A stretch of DNA of 64,000 nt, taken from IMG/VR virus record IMGVR_UViG_3300043172_001414; one strand, 5' to 3'. The stretch comes from a virus (lineage: Duplodnaviria > Heunggongvirae > Uroviricota > Caudoviricetes). The position numbers were made by a program, and so were the translations under genes. A model generated the notes under the pieces. That model had not been told where the DNA came from. It made no database searches and saw only the letters and a program-made list of their open reading frames with translations. Positions 9,259 through 19,364 of this stretch are shown one piece after another; position 1 is the stretch's first letter, and each line of letters starts with the position of its first letter.

Positions 9259-12200
9259 TTAAACTGATGGCAATCCTGCATTTATAGTATTTACTTCAGT
9301 CTGAGTTGCCGCACCACAATAATACGATATGTTCCTAATTACAGTATCTATCTGTGTTGTTGTTGTATCTGCATTAAAAGTTACATCATCATCAGATGAT
9401 ATCATCAAAGACATTGGTAACGAGTTTATTTTGGCTCTAGCACCTGTTGCTTTCTGAAGACCATCAAAATACATCCGTGTAGTACCGCTAACCCAATCAT
9501 TTACCAATTGAACATTTATCCAAACGTCTTTTGTTATAGTATCAGGATCACTCCACGAATTAGGAATACCATTAAGTTTATTAGATGTTACTCTAACACC
9601 TGAAGACCACCCATAACCATTAGCTCTATTAATTGCACCAATGAGTCCTGTACTTGTTGTTGTTTGTGATGAAGTTTTAAATTTAACTTGGAATGATAAT
9701 GTCCATGACTCAAAAGGGTTCAAGTGTGTTTTTTCTGAACCAGTTAAAACGCCATAATCAGTAACCGCATTCATGACAATACCATCATTCTCTACTGAAG
9801 GTGTACCGAACAAATCTATATTAAATCCATTCACAGTATCTACAAGTTGATCTCCAACAATAGCATCACATGCCCATGAATTTACAAGTGCGAGTGTAGG
9901 TAATACAGGAGCCGTTGGTGTATAATCAGACTCTTGATAATATTCAAAATCACCGTTAGCAATAAAAGGAAGTTGTTTATCGAAGTACTCTATGCTCCGT
10001 ATCTCTGCGGTACTGAGTGCTCTATCCCATGACGAAACTTTTACAATCTCATCTTTTGTTATACCGTAATTACTTGGCTCAAAATTTGAATTTGCATCTC
10101 GTGTGTGTTCTGCGAATAATAGGAGTGGTGTGTTTTCGCTTGTAACGTCGAAAGACCGGATGCCTCCTATAATCTCAGAGTCAAATAATCTTGAGTGTGA
10201 CATTCTATATTTAGGAGTCCCACCATCCATGTACGCAGAGTAGGTATAAGTTACCAATTCCTTACCATAGAGGATATCGGTATCAACGCTATCATTCATC
10301 CCAATTGCATTTTTAGTTACTGCTCCTGAATTATGTGGGTTTGCTAATTCTAGTATATCACCCTCAGGTGCGTTAATGTTAGCAATCCACATATTACTGC
10401 TGGTTAAGCCTGTGTGATCAACTGATGCTTTACTATACACATCACGTATAAATGTTATAGACACAGTGAATTCATCTGTGTTCCATAGCTTAGAATCGAC
10501 TAAGTCAACAATAGCTATTTCACCAAGTCCTGTACCACCTATAGATTTTATGCCGTTTCCATAATCATTCCTACGTAGTATGTGATCACAGCGTAGATTT
10601 TTTAAATTTGGTATTGATAGATCGGTTCCTTTATTTTCTATATACTCAACTGACTCTGTAGGTTCATCTCGATAAACTATTGTTGTATCATCAATCGCAT
10701 CAAAATATGCATCGGCTGTTAATCTAGGATCTGTATATGTAGGTAGTAAATTTAACCCATCTAAGATACTATCATAAAGATCAGACCACCTTCTACAAAT
10801 TCTATAATATTGGGCAATAGATGGGTGGGAAATGTCCGAAAATCTTTTCCAGTTTTCCCATGATGGAAATCTTGGATCGTCATTAAATGCATCAGCTTGT
10901 GACGCTCCGTTAATATCATTGTAAACCCACCAATGACGTTCATCTAGTGATGAATTCCATATATCATTAATAATTGAAGAGTTATAAGTTGCTTTTATCT
11001 GATCGTCGACAGGCTTCATGTACAGATATGCAGGTGTGGTCAAGTGATCAACACCACCATCTAGAACACCTTGTGGTATTGTACCACTCAATATCATTGG
11101 CACATTAAAGGAATCACATATTGCTTTTTCAGCTGCTAAAGCATCCATATATTCAGAGTAAACTTCTGGGCCTTCGTAGTATTCAGCACCCACCCAATTC
11201 TGTGTAAGTGATCTACTGTATATGTTACATAAACATCTATCTACGACGTGATTAACATTGGAAGTTGAGTGACCTATTGTTTCCCATTCTAATAGGTCTG
11301 GTCGTCCACCTGTTGTATACGCTGGTGCGGTGTAGTCATCTGGTACAGATACATCATAGAAGGTTCTACCACCATAATTAGCTACCATCATAAACACATC
11401 ATCACCATCACCATATCCATAGTATAAGTAGTGGTTATTCAGGTAACGATATACACCACCGCCAGTAGAATCACCACTAAAAGGAATCATGAAAGAGAAG
11501 TAAACATTATAAAAGAAAGCATCTTTATGTTTATTATCAAACATTTTATCGTAGTATCTATCATGATGACAATACCCATTTAGATAATTATCAAAAGTGC
11601 TTGCACCTGTTCTTCGGCAGTGCTTAACTATAGTACTTGTATTGCTTTGTGCACCTGTTACATCAAATGCATCAATCAATACTTCACCGTCAAACCATAC
11701 TGTTATTTCTTTGCTAGTTGAATTGTACTTCAGTGTGATAAAATTGTAAATATCTGCTTCCTGTGTTGCAATAACTCCACAACTAACACCGCCATATACT
11801 AGTGACAATTCACCTGTACCATTCATGTTTATTTCTGTTTCATTTCCAGATCCATTAATACCTTTAGATAGTAGAGTGCCAATTTCTAAAGTTGTTACTC
11901 GATCTGTTAGGTGATAAGTCCAATCTGAACCTGTAGGCATCCAAGCCTCAGAGCCAACTATTTCAATCTTATCGTCAACACCATTAAAAGAAGATTCATA
12001 CCGTATAGCAGGTACGAAGTCGTCACCGTTATTGACCCACCAAGCTCTTTCACGTTGGTACATTGTTTGACCATTATAAAATCGTCTAGACAGTGAACCT
12101 GTGTTTGGCTGATCTGGATCGTATGTAAGTTTATTAGTTCCCGAACCAGTCATTGCGATTGAAACACCGCTCTGAGTATCTTGTTTAGGTGTGACTGTTG

Positions 12201-13284
12201 TATCTGCAATTGATTCATAATGCGGGGAAAATTTAAGGTCTGCAACTAAACCATCGTTTATGCGAAGGTCATCTAATGTGGGTGCTAATTCAGTGTAATC
12301 AATAGAAACTGAAGTAGTTGCGCTTGCACTTGGTTGTGATGGATAGCTATAGCTAAGGTCGAAGTCATATGTTCTATAGTCACCACTTGTAAATATAAAA
12401 GTCTCATCTATTGCAGTAGCATAAGGTGCGCCTACATCTACATCAATTTCTAATCCTGATGTGGCTGTATAACTTGTACCAAATGTTTCAGCATCAATTG
12501 AAGTAAGTCCTACATAATTAAGTGATGGTACTTTAGTTACTAGTTGAGCAAATGAACTTTCTTCATTACCAAAGTCATCAGGGTATGGGCCTACAACTAA
12601 ATTATTATCACCTGGTTGTAGTGATACTGCAGGTTCTGTTGCAGATGTTCCACCAGTCCATTCTAATCCAGCGCTTGTTGTAAATACGCCACCTAAAACA
12701 TAAGTAAGATCTACTTGATATTCCGGGGTTTCAACAGGGTCTGTGACATTTGCATTATTATCAACTGCAACAATATAAATGTCGGGAGTATATCGTAATA
12801 CTATTGTATTATCGGCTGAAAATGTATCTGCATTAGGATCAGTTAATGTATATATTACAGTATTGTCACCTTGAAAATTAATATTGTCTTCTAGGTTAAC
12901 TAAAGTATAGTCTGTATTTATTAGTTGATCTGGAACGTCATCTGACCATGCACCGCCTGATAATGTTGCGGACAGCTCAGGGTTAACTATAAAAGAAAAC
13001 CCTGAAGTTGATATAATATTAAATGTTTCTGCAACATTAATTGTAACATCTCTAGATTGTGCACCAGAGGTTATATTGACATCATTTTGCCCATACGAAT
13101 ATGTAAATGATTGCACTTCGTAACCTATTGATGGGTGTCTATTGCCACTATCATCTATAACAAAATATCTAAGCTCGTAATTTAAGTCCATGGTTGTTCC
13201 TGTATTTAGAACGTACCCACCTACCAATCTTATTCCGGGGACTGTTACACTTCCCCCAAACCAAAAGCCTTTCCATATACTCAT
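9259..13284 (-). CDS. Large virion structural protein (tail fibre or baseplate-associated, 1341 aa)
   Basis: Very long ORF rich in Thr/Ser/Gly/Asn, in the structural module; a late promoter lies upstream at about 13651. Confidence 0.55.
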   Translation of the reverse strand: MSIWKGFWFGGSVTVPGIRLVGGYVLNTGTTMDLNYELRYFVIDDSGNRHPSIGYEVQSFTYSYGQNDVNITSGAQSRDVTINVAETFNIISTSGFSFIVNPELSATLSGGAWSDDVPDQLINTDYTLVNLEDNINFQGDNTVIYTLTDPNADTFSADNTIVLRYTPDIYIVAVDNNANVTDPVETPEYQVDLTYVLGGVFTTSAGLEWTGGTSATEPAVSLQPGDNNLVVGPYPDDFGNEESSFAQLVTKVPSLNYVGLTSIDAETFGTSYTATSGLEIDVDVGAPYATAIDETFIFTSGDYRTYDFDLSYSYPSQPSASATTSVSIDYTELAPTLDDLRINDGLVADLKFSPHYESIADTTVTPKQDTQSGVSIAMTGSGTNKLTYDPDQPNTGSLSRRFYNGQTMYQRERAWWVNNGDDFVPAIRYESSFNGVDDKIEIVGSEAWMPTGSDWTYHLTDRVTTLEIGTLLSKGINGSGNETEINMNGTGELSLVYGGVSCGVIATQEADIYNFITLKYNSTSKEITVWFDGEVLIDAFDVTGAQSNTSTIVKHCRRTGASTFDNYLNGYCHHDRYYDKMFDNKHKDAFFYNVYFSFMIPFSGDSTGGGVYRYLNNHYLYYGYGDGDDVFMMVANYGGRTFYDVSVPDDYTAPAYTTGGRPDLLEWETIGHSTSNVNHVVDRCLCNIYSRSLTQNWVGAEYYEGPEVYSEYMDALAAEKAICDSFNVPMILSGTIPQGVLDGGVDHLTTPAYLYMKPVDDQIKATYNSSIINDIWNSSLDERHWWVYNDINGASQADAFNDDPRFPSWENWKRFSDISHPSIAQYYRICRRWSDLYDSILDGLNLLPTYTDPRLTADAYFDAIDDTTIVYRDEPTESVEYIENKGTDLSIPNLKNLRCDHILRRNDYGNGIKSIGGTGLGEIAIVDLVDSKLWNTDEFTVSITFIRDVYSKASVDHTGLTSSNMWIANINAPEGDILELANPHNSGAVTKNAIGMNDSVDTDILYGKELVTYTYSAYMDGGTPKYRMSHSRLFDSEIIGGIRSFDVTSENTPLLLFAEHTRDANSNFEPSNYGITKDEIVKVSSWDRALSTAEIRSIEYFDKQLPFIANGDFEYYQESDYTPTAPVLPTLALVNSWACDAIVGDQLVDTVNGFNIDLFGTPSVENDGIVMNAVTDYGVLTGSEKTHLNPFESWTLSFQVKFKTSSQTTTSTGLIGAINRANGYGWSSGVRVTSNKLNGIPNSWSDPDTITKDVWINVQLVNDWVSGTTRMYFDGLQKATGARAKINSLPMSLMISSDDDVTFNADTTTTQIDTVIRNISYYCGAATQTEVNTINAGLPSV

Positions 13285-13625
13285 TACGCTCTAATGCCTC
13301 GTAAAATCATCTTAGCTGTGCCAACGTCTACTACCATTCTAATATAAGAACCACCATTTAAAGAGTCTTGTGTGCGTTCTGATACTGAACCTGAAGGCCA
13401 ATCTACACCGTCTGCAGTATCGGCTACAACAGCCGCAGTATCTATAGTTGCTTGTATTTTTGCCTGTGCACCTAGTTCTGGTGCAAGTTCGACTTCAACG
13501 GTTTGAATACCTTCTGGCATTGAATACCAATCAGTTGTTGCAGCACTAGTAACACTAACAAATGCATCTTCTTTAACATTAAAAAGAGTGTGATTATAGT
13601 TTGCTGATAATTCAATAATAGCCAT
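13284..13625 (-). CDS. Hypothetical small structural-module protein
   Basis: 113 aa; its stop overlaps the start of the 1341-aa gene. Confidence 0.4.
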   Translation of the reverse strand: MAIIELSANYNHTLFNVKEDAFVSVTSAATTDWYSMPEGIQTVEVELAPELGAQAKIQATIDTAAVVADTADGVDWPSGSVSERTQDSLNGGSYIRMVVDVGTAKMILRGIRA

Positions 13626-13650
13626 ATTATTCTCCTACTTATTATTGGTA

Positions 13651-13658
13651 GTATTTAT
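13651..13658 (-). promoter_or_regulatory. T4-type late promoter TATAAATA upstream of 13284..13625 and the 1341-aa gene
   Basis: Exact octamer. Confidence 0.5.
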
Positions 13659-13864
13659 ATTATTAGTTTTTCGAATGTTTACTATTCGTAGGCGTTATGA
13701 TCTTTAGCGCCCGACGTTTGTCTAGTTTCTTCAATGTTTTTAAGTATCATGTATAGTTCAATTGATTCACCTAAAGGTTTTTGCTCTAGGTATCTTGCTA
13801 ATGCATTTAATTCATCTTCTGTTATCATAAATTCATTCATACTTTATCCTTTTCATATTTATTT

Positions 13865-16114
13865 TTAAAAATCTAATACTTCACTTACTGCGTCTACTCT
13901 TACATCCATTGTTTGAATTGTACTATTCGCACCTGTTATAATTTGTATTATATGTCCTTCTGTACCGGATCTGCCGTTTATAAATGAATTTAGAGCTGTG
14001 CGCTTATATGACCCGTCTATATTATTTGCTACATCGCCAGCTAAAGCTTGATCTACACTCTTACGACATATGTCTCCATTGCCTGGTGTAAATCCTGCAG
14101 CTGCATAATTCCAACCAGTGGTAGTGTGTTTCAATAAGCCTATATCTAAAGAGCTATTAGCATTACCCTGCCATGTGATTTCCAGACCTGTAATTGTATA
14201 ATCTCGATCTTCAAAATCATCATATTTACTAAAGCCTCTATTAAAAGTAAGGCTGGCGCTAGACGGAGAACCTGAGACTACATATAATTCATAAGTAATG
14301 ACATCGGAAAATTTCTCTAATGTTTCTGCATACATATCTAATGTTAATGATGTTATATCGTCTGTTATGATTGCACTTACACCTGCTGTTTGAGTCCCGG
14401 TTTCACTATCTAAAACACCTGTTACTTTCATCCCTACTTGTCCACCACCAACAACTGAACCTGGTCCACTTGCAACTAAACCAACATGGGCTGCTTTAGC
14501 TATATTTGCTTGACCTATAGTAGTGCTACCACCAATAGCTAATGTAATATTTGTTGTTTCCCATTCATAAAAACCTCCTTTCCAGAAAGTTCCAGCATTG
14601 ACGCCAGTAGAAGTAAAACTATATGCCCCGTTAATAGGTGCTCTAGTTAATCTACTTGATTCAATAAAAAAAGATCCACTAGTTGCGTGACTATCAAGAT
14701 TAACACCCATGTTAATTCGTTGTGTGGGATACTTAGGTATCTCAGTTGTCATATCACCTGATGTACCTAGCCAGACAAGCGAACTGTTGAACCCTGTAGT
14801 ATCAAAATCTCTAACTATACCCCGTTTAGTTACAAGTCCCAATTCATCTATACCGATATCATGAGTTGCCAATCCTAGTATTTGTGCTGATGTAAAAAAG
14901 AATGTTGCATCTGCTAATCCAACCGTTAACACTTTCCTTACTGTATCTTTACCAGATGCAAAACAGGCTTTACCGTTTGCTATCACATTACCACTATTAT
15001 TATATACCAAATAATATTCTTCTTCACCTAATTGAAGTCTAACATCGTTTATACCAGTGTCGGCTACAATTGTTAAAGAACTAGGATCATAAGATAACTG
15101 TCCTTTTATATAAGGTGGAAATATTGTAGTATCTAACTGAAGTTCACCATTTGAACCAATTTTTAAAACTCTTCCAGGAGTTTCATTTCCAATGACTGCT
15201 GATGTTGCAGTTACTGAATCAAAATCTGCTGATGTTGCAGAAACAGAATTGAAAAAAGGCGTGCTTAGATCGATATCATAATCTGACATAGTAATTTCTC
15301 TAGAATTACCACTGGCAATATTTGATGCTTGAAATATTATTTTTTTAGTATTATCATCATTATCAAAAATGTTGAACGTTGCATCATTAAAATCTTTTGG
15401 TGGAATAACTGCATTTATGAGTTTGTTAACATCATTCTCACCAAGTCCACCACCGCCAGGAGTGCCACCCATGTAATCACCATCTTGTACTAATAGCATC
15501 CATTTTTTAGATTTACCATCGTACAAGTAAACAGCTGAGGGAGTCTTACTAGTGTCTCTATAGATATCACCTGGCTTGGGTAATGTTGGAGGTTTATTAT
15601 GTGTCCCACGATACTTTAGTTGTGCACTGTCGCCTTTAGATCCTTTTTTACCTGTAAGCTTTTTTATTTCTGCTTCATTCAAATCATTAAAAGTTAATGA
15701 CGATCCAGGTGGACCTTTAAGTTCATCTTTTTGTTCTTCAGTTAAATCATTAAATGTTAAGGAATCACCTTTCAATAATTCTATTTCCCAATCTTGAAAA
15801 TCTTCAAACTTAAAAGAATCTGCAGATGAAAGTTTATTTATTTTACTAAGTTCTTCATTAACATATTGCTTAATTGTATTGATAAGATTAGTCTGGTTTA
15901 TATCACCATTGGTTCTGCCGACTTTCTGTTCAAAAAACGAGTCGAATGAACCACCTGAAAACAAGTGTGCATTCAACTCGTGAATTATTACATTAAATCT
16001 ATTTTGATCATTTACAGATATAAAAGAACTTGGATTATCATTTAAACTTTGTTCTTTGATAAACTTCTTATAGTAATCAATTGCTTTTTTATCTTCGTTG
16101 TTTAAATGTCCCAT
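13865..16114 (-). CDS. Tail fibre-like protein with collagen-like and tandem SLTFNDL repeats
   Basis: 749 aa. Contains GPPGSS…GKKGSKGDS collagen-like bits, a duplicated GDSLTFNDLTEEQKDELKG / GSSLTFNDLNEAEIKKLTG segment and a Gly-rich linker. Confidence 0.55.
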   Translation of the reverse strand: MGHLNNEDKKAIDYYKKFIKEQSLNDNPSSFISVNDQNRFNVIIHELNAHLFSGGSFDSFFEQKVGRTNGDINQTNLINTIKQYVNEELSKINKLSSADSFKFEDFQDWEIELLKGDSLTFNDLTEEQKDELKGPPGSSLTFNDLNEAEIKKLTGKKGSKGDSAQLKYRGTHNKPPTLPKPGDIYRDTSKTPSAVYLYDGKSKKWMLLVQDGDYMGGTPGGGGLGENDVNKLINAVIPPKDFNDATFNIFDNDDNTKKIIFQASNIASGNSREITMSDYDIDLSTPFFNSVSATSADFDSVTATSAVIGNETPGRVLKIGSNGELQLDTTIFPPYIKGQLSYDPSSLTIVADTGINDVRLQLGEEEYYLVYNNSGNVIANGKACFASGKDTVRKVLTVGLADATFFFTSAQILGLATHDIGIDELGLVTKRGIVRDFDTTGFNSSLVWLGTSGDMTTEIPKYPTQRINMGVNLDSHATSGSFFIESSRLTRAPINGAYSFTSTGVNAGTFWKGGFYEWETTNITLAIGGSTTIGQANIAKAAHVGLVASGPGSVVGGGQVGMKVTGVLDSETGTQTAGVSAIITDDITSLTLDMYAETLEKFSDVITYELYVVSGSPSSASLTFNRGFSKYDDFEDRDYTITGLEITWQGNANSSLDIGLLKHTTTGWNYAAAGFTPGNGDICRKSVDQALAGDVANNIDGSYKRTALNSFINGRSGTEGHIIQIITGANSTIQTMDVRVDAVSEVLDF

Positions 16115-16120
16115 GTTAAC

Positions 16121-16447
16121 CTAATCGTTTAAAATAGTTTTTAGTCTTTCTTTTGCATCTGCAGATTCAAGATAAGTCTTACCAGAAGTTGTGATCGATC
16201 CATCTACTGTTATCATTTTGAACATCTTAAGTTCATCGTAATTTTCAGATTTGACAGATTTATCTTTAAGGTTTAATAGAACTAAATCTATTAAGGACGG
16301 TATAGAAATATCTTCTTGGTTCTCTGAGTATAGCTTGAGCATTTTAATATCTTTTTCGTCGATATTAATAGACTCCATCATACAATCTTTACTTTTGTCT
16401 GATTGTACTTTAGTTTCTTCTGTGTATTTATATTCTGTAAATGACAT
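16121..16447 (-). CDS. Hypothetical protein
   Basis: 108 aa; late promoter upstream at about 16485. Confidence 0.4.
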   Translation of the reverse strand: MSFTEYKYTEETKVQSDKSKDCMMESINIDEKDIKMLKLYSENQEDISIPSLIDLVLLNLKDKSVKSENYDELKMFKMITVDGSITTSGKTYLESADAKERLKTILND

Positions 16448-16484
16448 AGGTTTCTCCTGTTATCAGTGTTATGTTTTATATCTT

Positions 16485-16492
16485 TATTTATA
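16485..16492 (-). promoter_or_regulatory. T4-type late promoter TATAAATA upstream of 16121..16447 and the fibre gene
   Basis: Exact octamer. Confidence 0.5.
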
Positions 16493-16494
16493 AT

Positions 16495-17283
16495 TTACCA
16501 ACCACCAAAAGGGTCGTCGTTTACCGGAGGGTGTGGATCAGGTGTGATTGGTTCTTCGTTTGCAGCTGACGTATTAAATAGGAAATCTAATTTTTCGTCA
16601 TCTATGTCGTCCGATATATCAAATATGTCTTTAGGCTTATCTGTAAATGCAGATAATGGATCTGATGATACCAATGGACTGAGTGTTAGATGGATATCTC
16701 TGAACACTCTCACAACGATTGTATATGAGTGCTGGGTTTGTAAAAATTGATTAGCAGATTTAACAACGTGCATCACTTCATAATACAATCCACTATAATC
16801 AAATTTTATAATGTCACCTTCCTGTGCTATGTATTCATCATAACATGTGCTTCCTTGATCATCAAACCTAGAAGCAAAACTAAAGTGGCTTATATTAGAC
16901 CAGAATGAAAAACTATCCAACCCATCAATACCAAAGTTTGTATAACGTTGTTTCTCTTCTGGGTATGTAGGTATAAATCCTTTAAATGAGAATTTACGTA
17001 ATATATGTCTATCTCTATCTTCACCGTAAATTCTATCGTAATCTACATTCCAGTCAGCAATATAATAAGTCATATCAATACCGAATGAATTCCATGCATC
17101 CATTTCTAATTGATTAAACATCTCTTTCTCACCATCATGACATGGGGTTTCTTTATCCCAGTATGAATTTGGTAAGCTGCTATTACAATTGATTATATTG
17201 TTGCCATCAGCTGTAACCATCGGTGAGCAGATAGTAAAATAACTTTTATTATCTGTTGAACCTGATACCGTAATAGATGCCAT
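16495..17283 (-). CDS. Structural-module protein, paralog B of 792..1595
   Basis: 262 aa. Shares IYGEDRDRHI and a near-identical C-terminal tail with 792..1595, and about 85% nt identity over the 3' about 100 nt. Confidence 0.55.
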   Translation of the reverse strand: MASITVSGSTDNKSYFTICSPMVTADGNNIINCNSSLPNSYWDKETPCHDGEKEMFNQLEMDAWNSFGIDMTYYIADWNVDYDRIYGEDRDRHILRKFSFKGFIPTYPEEKQRYTNFGIDGLDSFSFWSNISHFSFASRFDDQGSTCYDEYIAQEGDIIKFDYSGLYYEVMHVVKSANQFLQTQHSYTIVVRVFRDIHLTLSPLVSSDPLSAFTDKPKDIFDISDDIDDEKLDFLFNTSAANEEPITPDPHPPVNDDPFGGW

Positions 17284-17296
17284 TATAAATCCTACT

Positions 17297-17716
17297 TTAG
17301 TTTAAAGAGAGAATGCCGTTTTCATTCCATGCTATCTTGAAGTCACCTGCCGAGCTTGATTTGAATGCACCAAAATCTATGTAACATATGAGGTTGCCAC
17401 CAGATACTTTATATAGTAACGCACCATCAGAATTTATTGTAGATGTGGAAAAGGTTACATCTAAAGCATCCCAAACACCTCTATCATTTGTATTGTCTGC
17501 TGAGAGTGTCATTCCTGATAGTTCTTGACCACCTGTTGTGTATCCAGTACCTGTAGTTTCAAATGAACTAACATCACTATATTTAGTTTCAACATCTACG
17601 TCAGGAGTATACCCACTCATTAGTGCTAGATTGTATCCACTTGGATCTGCTGCGCTAAGATTGAAAGAACCGCCCATTACTGCAGCTTTAAAATTGTTAT
17701 ATACAACGCTTGCCAT
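17297..17716 (-). CDS. Hypothetical structural protein
   Basis: 139-aa Gly/Ser/Thr-rich ORF. Confidence 0.4.
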   Translation of the reverse strand: MASVVYNNFKAAVMGGSFNLSAADPSGYNLALMSGYTPDVDVETKYSDVSSFETTGTGYTTGGQELSGMTLSADNTNDRGVWDALDVTFSTSTINSDGALLYKVSGGNLICYIDFGAFKSSSAGDFKIAWNENGILSLN

Positions 17717-17743
17717 TTAAGACTCCTTGTAAGTATTTCTTAT

Positions 17744-17751
17744 TATTTATA
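17744..17751 (-). promoter_or_regulatory. T4-type late promoter TATAAATA upstream of 17297..17716
   Basis: Exact octamer. Confidence 0.5.
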
Positions 17752-19264
17752 ATTTGATTTTAATGTTTTTGAACTTGAAGTTCTGTTTAGTGTAATGTCC
17801 TGTTCTCTCAATGAAATGATTGAATAGGTGGTTATTATGAATGATCCCATTCTTACTTTTCCACCTCAAGTCATCTACTATGTCAAACAAATGCATCTTG
17901 TCTTTAGTTTCATGGGTTCTTAGACCACGACCTATAGACTGAAGTACTTTTATCTTAGACTTGTATGAACTACCAAAGATTATATTGTGTAGTCTCTTGA
18001 TATTTATACCAGTAGAAAAGCATTGGAATGTAGATATGATAATAACATTCTCACTGTTCTCTGTCATCATACGTACATGTTCTCGTACTTCAGTTGGTAT
18101 GTCACCATATACGACATACACTTTATACTTGTTATCTAGTGTATTCTTAAAGTATTTCTCCAAATCAAGAACAGTGTTTATCTTATTGACTAATACTAGA
18201 CTGTTTTGTTTATCTCTTATCTTATCGAATATGAATTTGTATATGTTTTTACGTCCAGGGAAGTTGTTGATGTATGCAACCTCCTCTTGGTATGTTGAAT
18301 TCTTACATTCAGCTATAGATTTCTCTGGATATTTCAGTACCATGTTATGAATTGCTATCTGAGCTAGTATACCCCTGTCTATTAATTCCTTTGAATACTG
18401 TTCAAAGATCACTGACCCTAAGAAACCATAGATATTAAACTGATCTACTCTCTCATCAGGTAAAGTTCCGGTAGTACCTATACGGTAATCGGCATTAATA
18501 CAGTTTGCAGCTATACGTTTTAAGCTATCAGAACGATTATAGTGACACTCATCAAAGATAACTGCACCGTAGTCATGGAAGAATGAACCGTGCTTCTTAT
18601 ATACACTCTGCCATGTGGTGATTAGAACGCTCTTTGTGAAGTCTGGTTCTACTTCTGAGTACAGTTTGGATACATTATCGTATATGTCCATCCACCCGTA
18701 CTCTAGAAAATCGGTATATAGCTGAGAAACTAAAGTAGTTGTTGGAACCACTATGAGTATCTTCTTACCCATGTTAAGGAAAATCTTGGTCATTATATAT
18801 GCCATCATAGATTTACCAGAGCCAGTGCTAGATAGAAGTATCCCTCTTTTCTTTTTAACGGCTGCGTGTACCGCCTTCATCTGGTAGTTGTATGGCATTA
18901 AGGGTTTACCGTTCCGGTCTGTAACACCATCGAAAAGCTGTTTACAGCCCTCTACTATCATAGGGGGAGTTATGTTAGTGTTAACTAAAGGTATCTCGTT
19001 TTCTATTATTCGATATTGATACTTAAACTTCTTGCAGAAACTATAGAATGGGGTTAATAGACCTACAGGTAGCATACGATCTTTGAAATTAAAGAATGAT
19101 ATCTTACCATTCCAGATCTTGCATTTAACCTTAGGGTGAAATTTATGATCTTTTATGTAGCACTCAAAGAAAGACTTTAGTTCAAGGCTTTGACCAATGG
19201 TGCAGTCTACATTAAAATAGATCTCATTTACTTTAGTTAGTTGTATTACATCTTCTTCAAACAT
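17747..19264 (-). CDS. uvsW: SF2 DNA helicase, UvsW-like
   Basis: 505 aa with Walker A (STGSGKS) and a DECH box (VIFDECHY); late promoter upstream as for T4 uvsW. Confidence 0.6.
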   Translation of the reverse strand: MFEEDVIQLTKVNEIYFNVDCTIGQSLELKSFFECYIKDHKFHPKVKCKIWNGKISFFNFKDRMLPVGLLTPFYSFCKKFKYQYRIIENEIPLVNTNITPPMIVEGCKQLFDGVTDRNGKPLMPYNYQMKAVHAAVKKKRGILLSSTGSGKSMMAYIMTKIFLNMGKKILIVVPTTTLVSQLYTDFLEYGWMDIYDNVSKLYSEVEPDFTKSVLITTWQSVYKKHGSFFHDYGAVIFDECHYNRSDSLKRIAANCINADYRIGTTGTLPDERVDQFNIYGFLGSVIFEQYSKELIDRGILAQIAIHNMVLKYPEKSIAECKNSTYQEEVAYINNFPGRKNIYKFIFDKIRDKQNSLVLVNKINTVLDLEKYFKNTLDNKYKVYVVYGDIPTEVREHVRMMTENSENVIIISTFQCFSTGINIKRLHNIIFGSSYKSKIKVLQSIGRGLRTHETKDKMHLFDIVDDLRWKSKNGIIHNNHLFNHFIERTGHYTKQNFKFKNIKIKL

Positions 19265-19286
19265 ATTTCAATCCAGATATATTAAT

Positions 19287-19294
19287 TATTTATA
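19287..19294 (-). promoter_or_regulatory. T4-type late promoter TATAAATA upstream of uvsW
   Basis: Exact octamer; T4 uvsW is also a late gene. Confidence 0.5.
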
Positions 19295-19310
19295 TATCCA
19301 GAAAAAGGCA

Positions 19311-19341
19311 CAAAAAAAAGGGTAGTGCGATTACACTACCC
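19311..19341 (-). terminator. Rho-independent terminator after the 605-aa gene
   Basis: Stem GGGTAGTG/CACTACCC followed by a U8 run on the minus strand. Confidence 0.7.
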
Positions 19342-19364
19342 TGAATATTATTAAAGAAGTTTGA

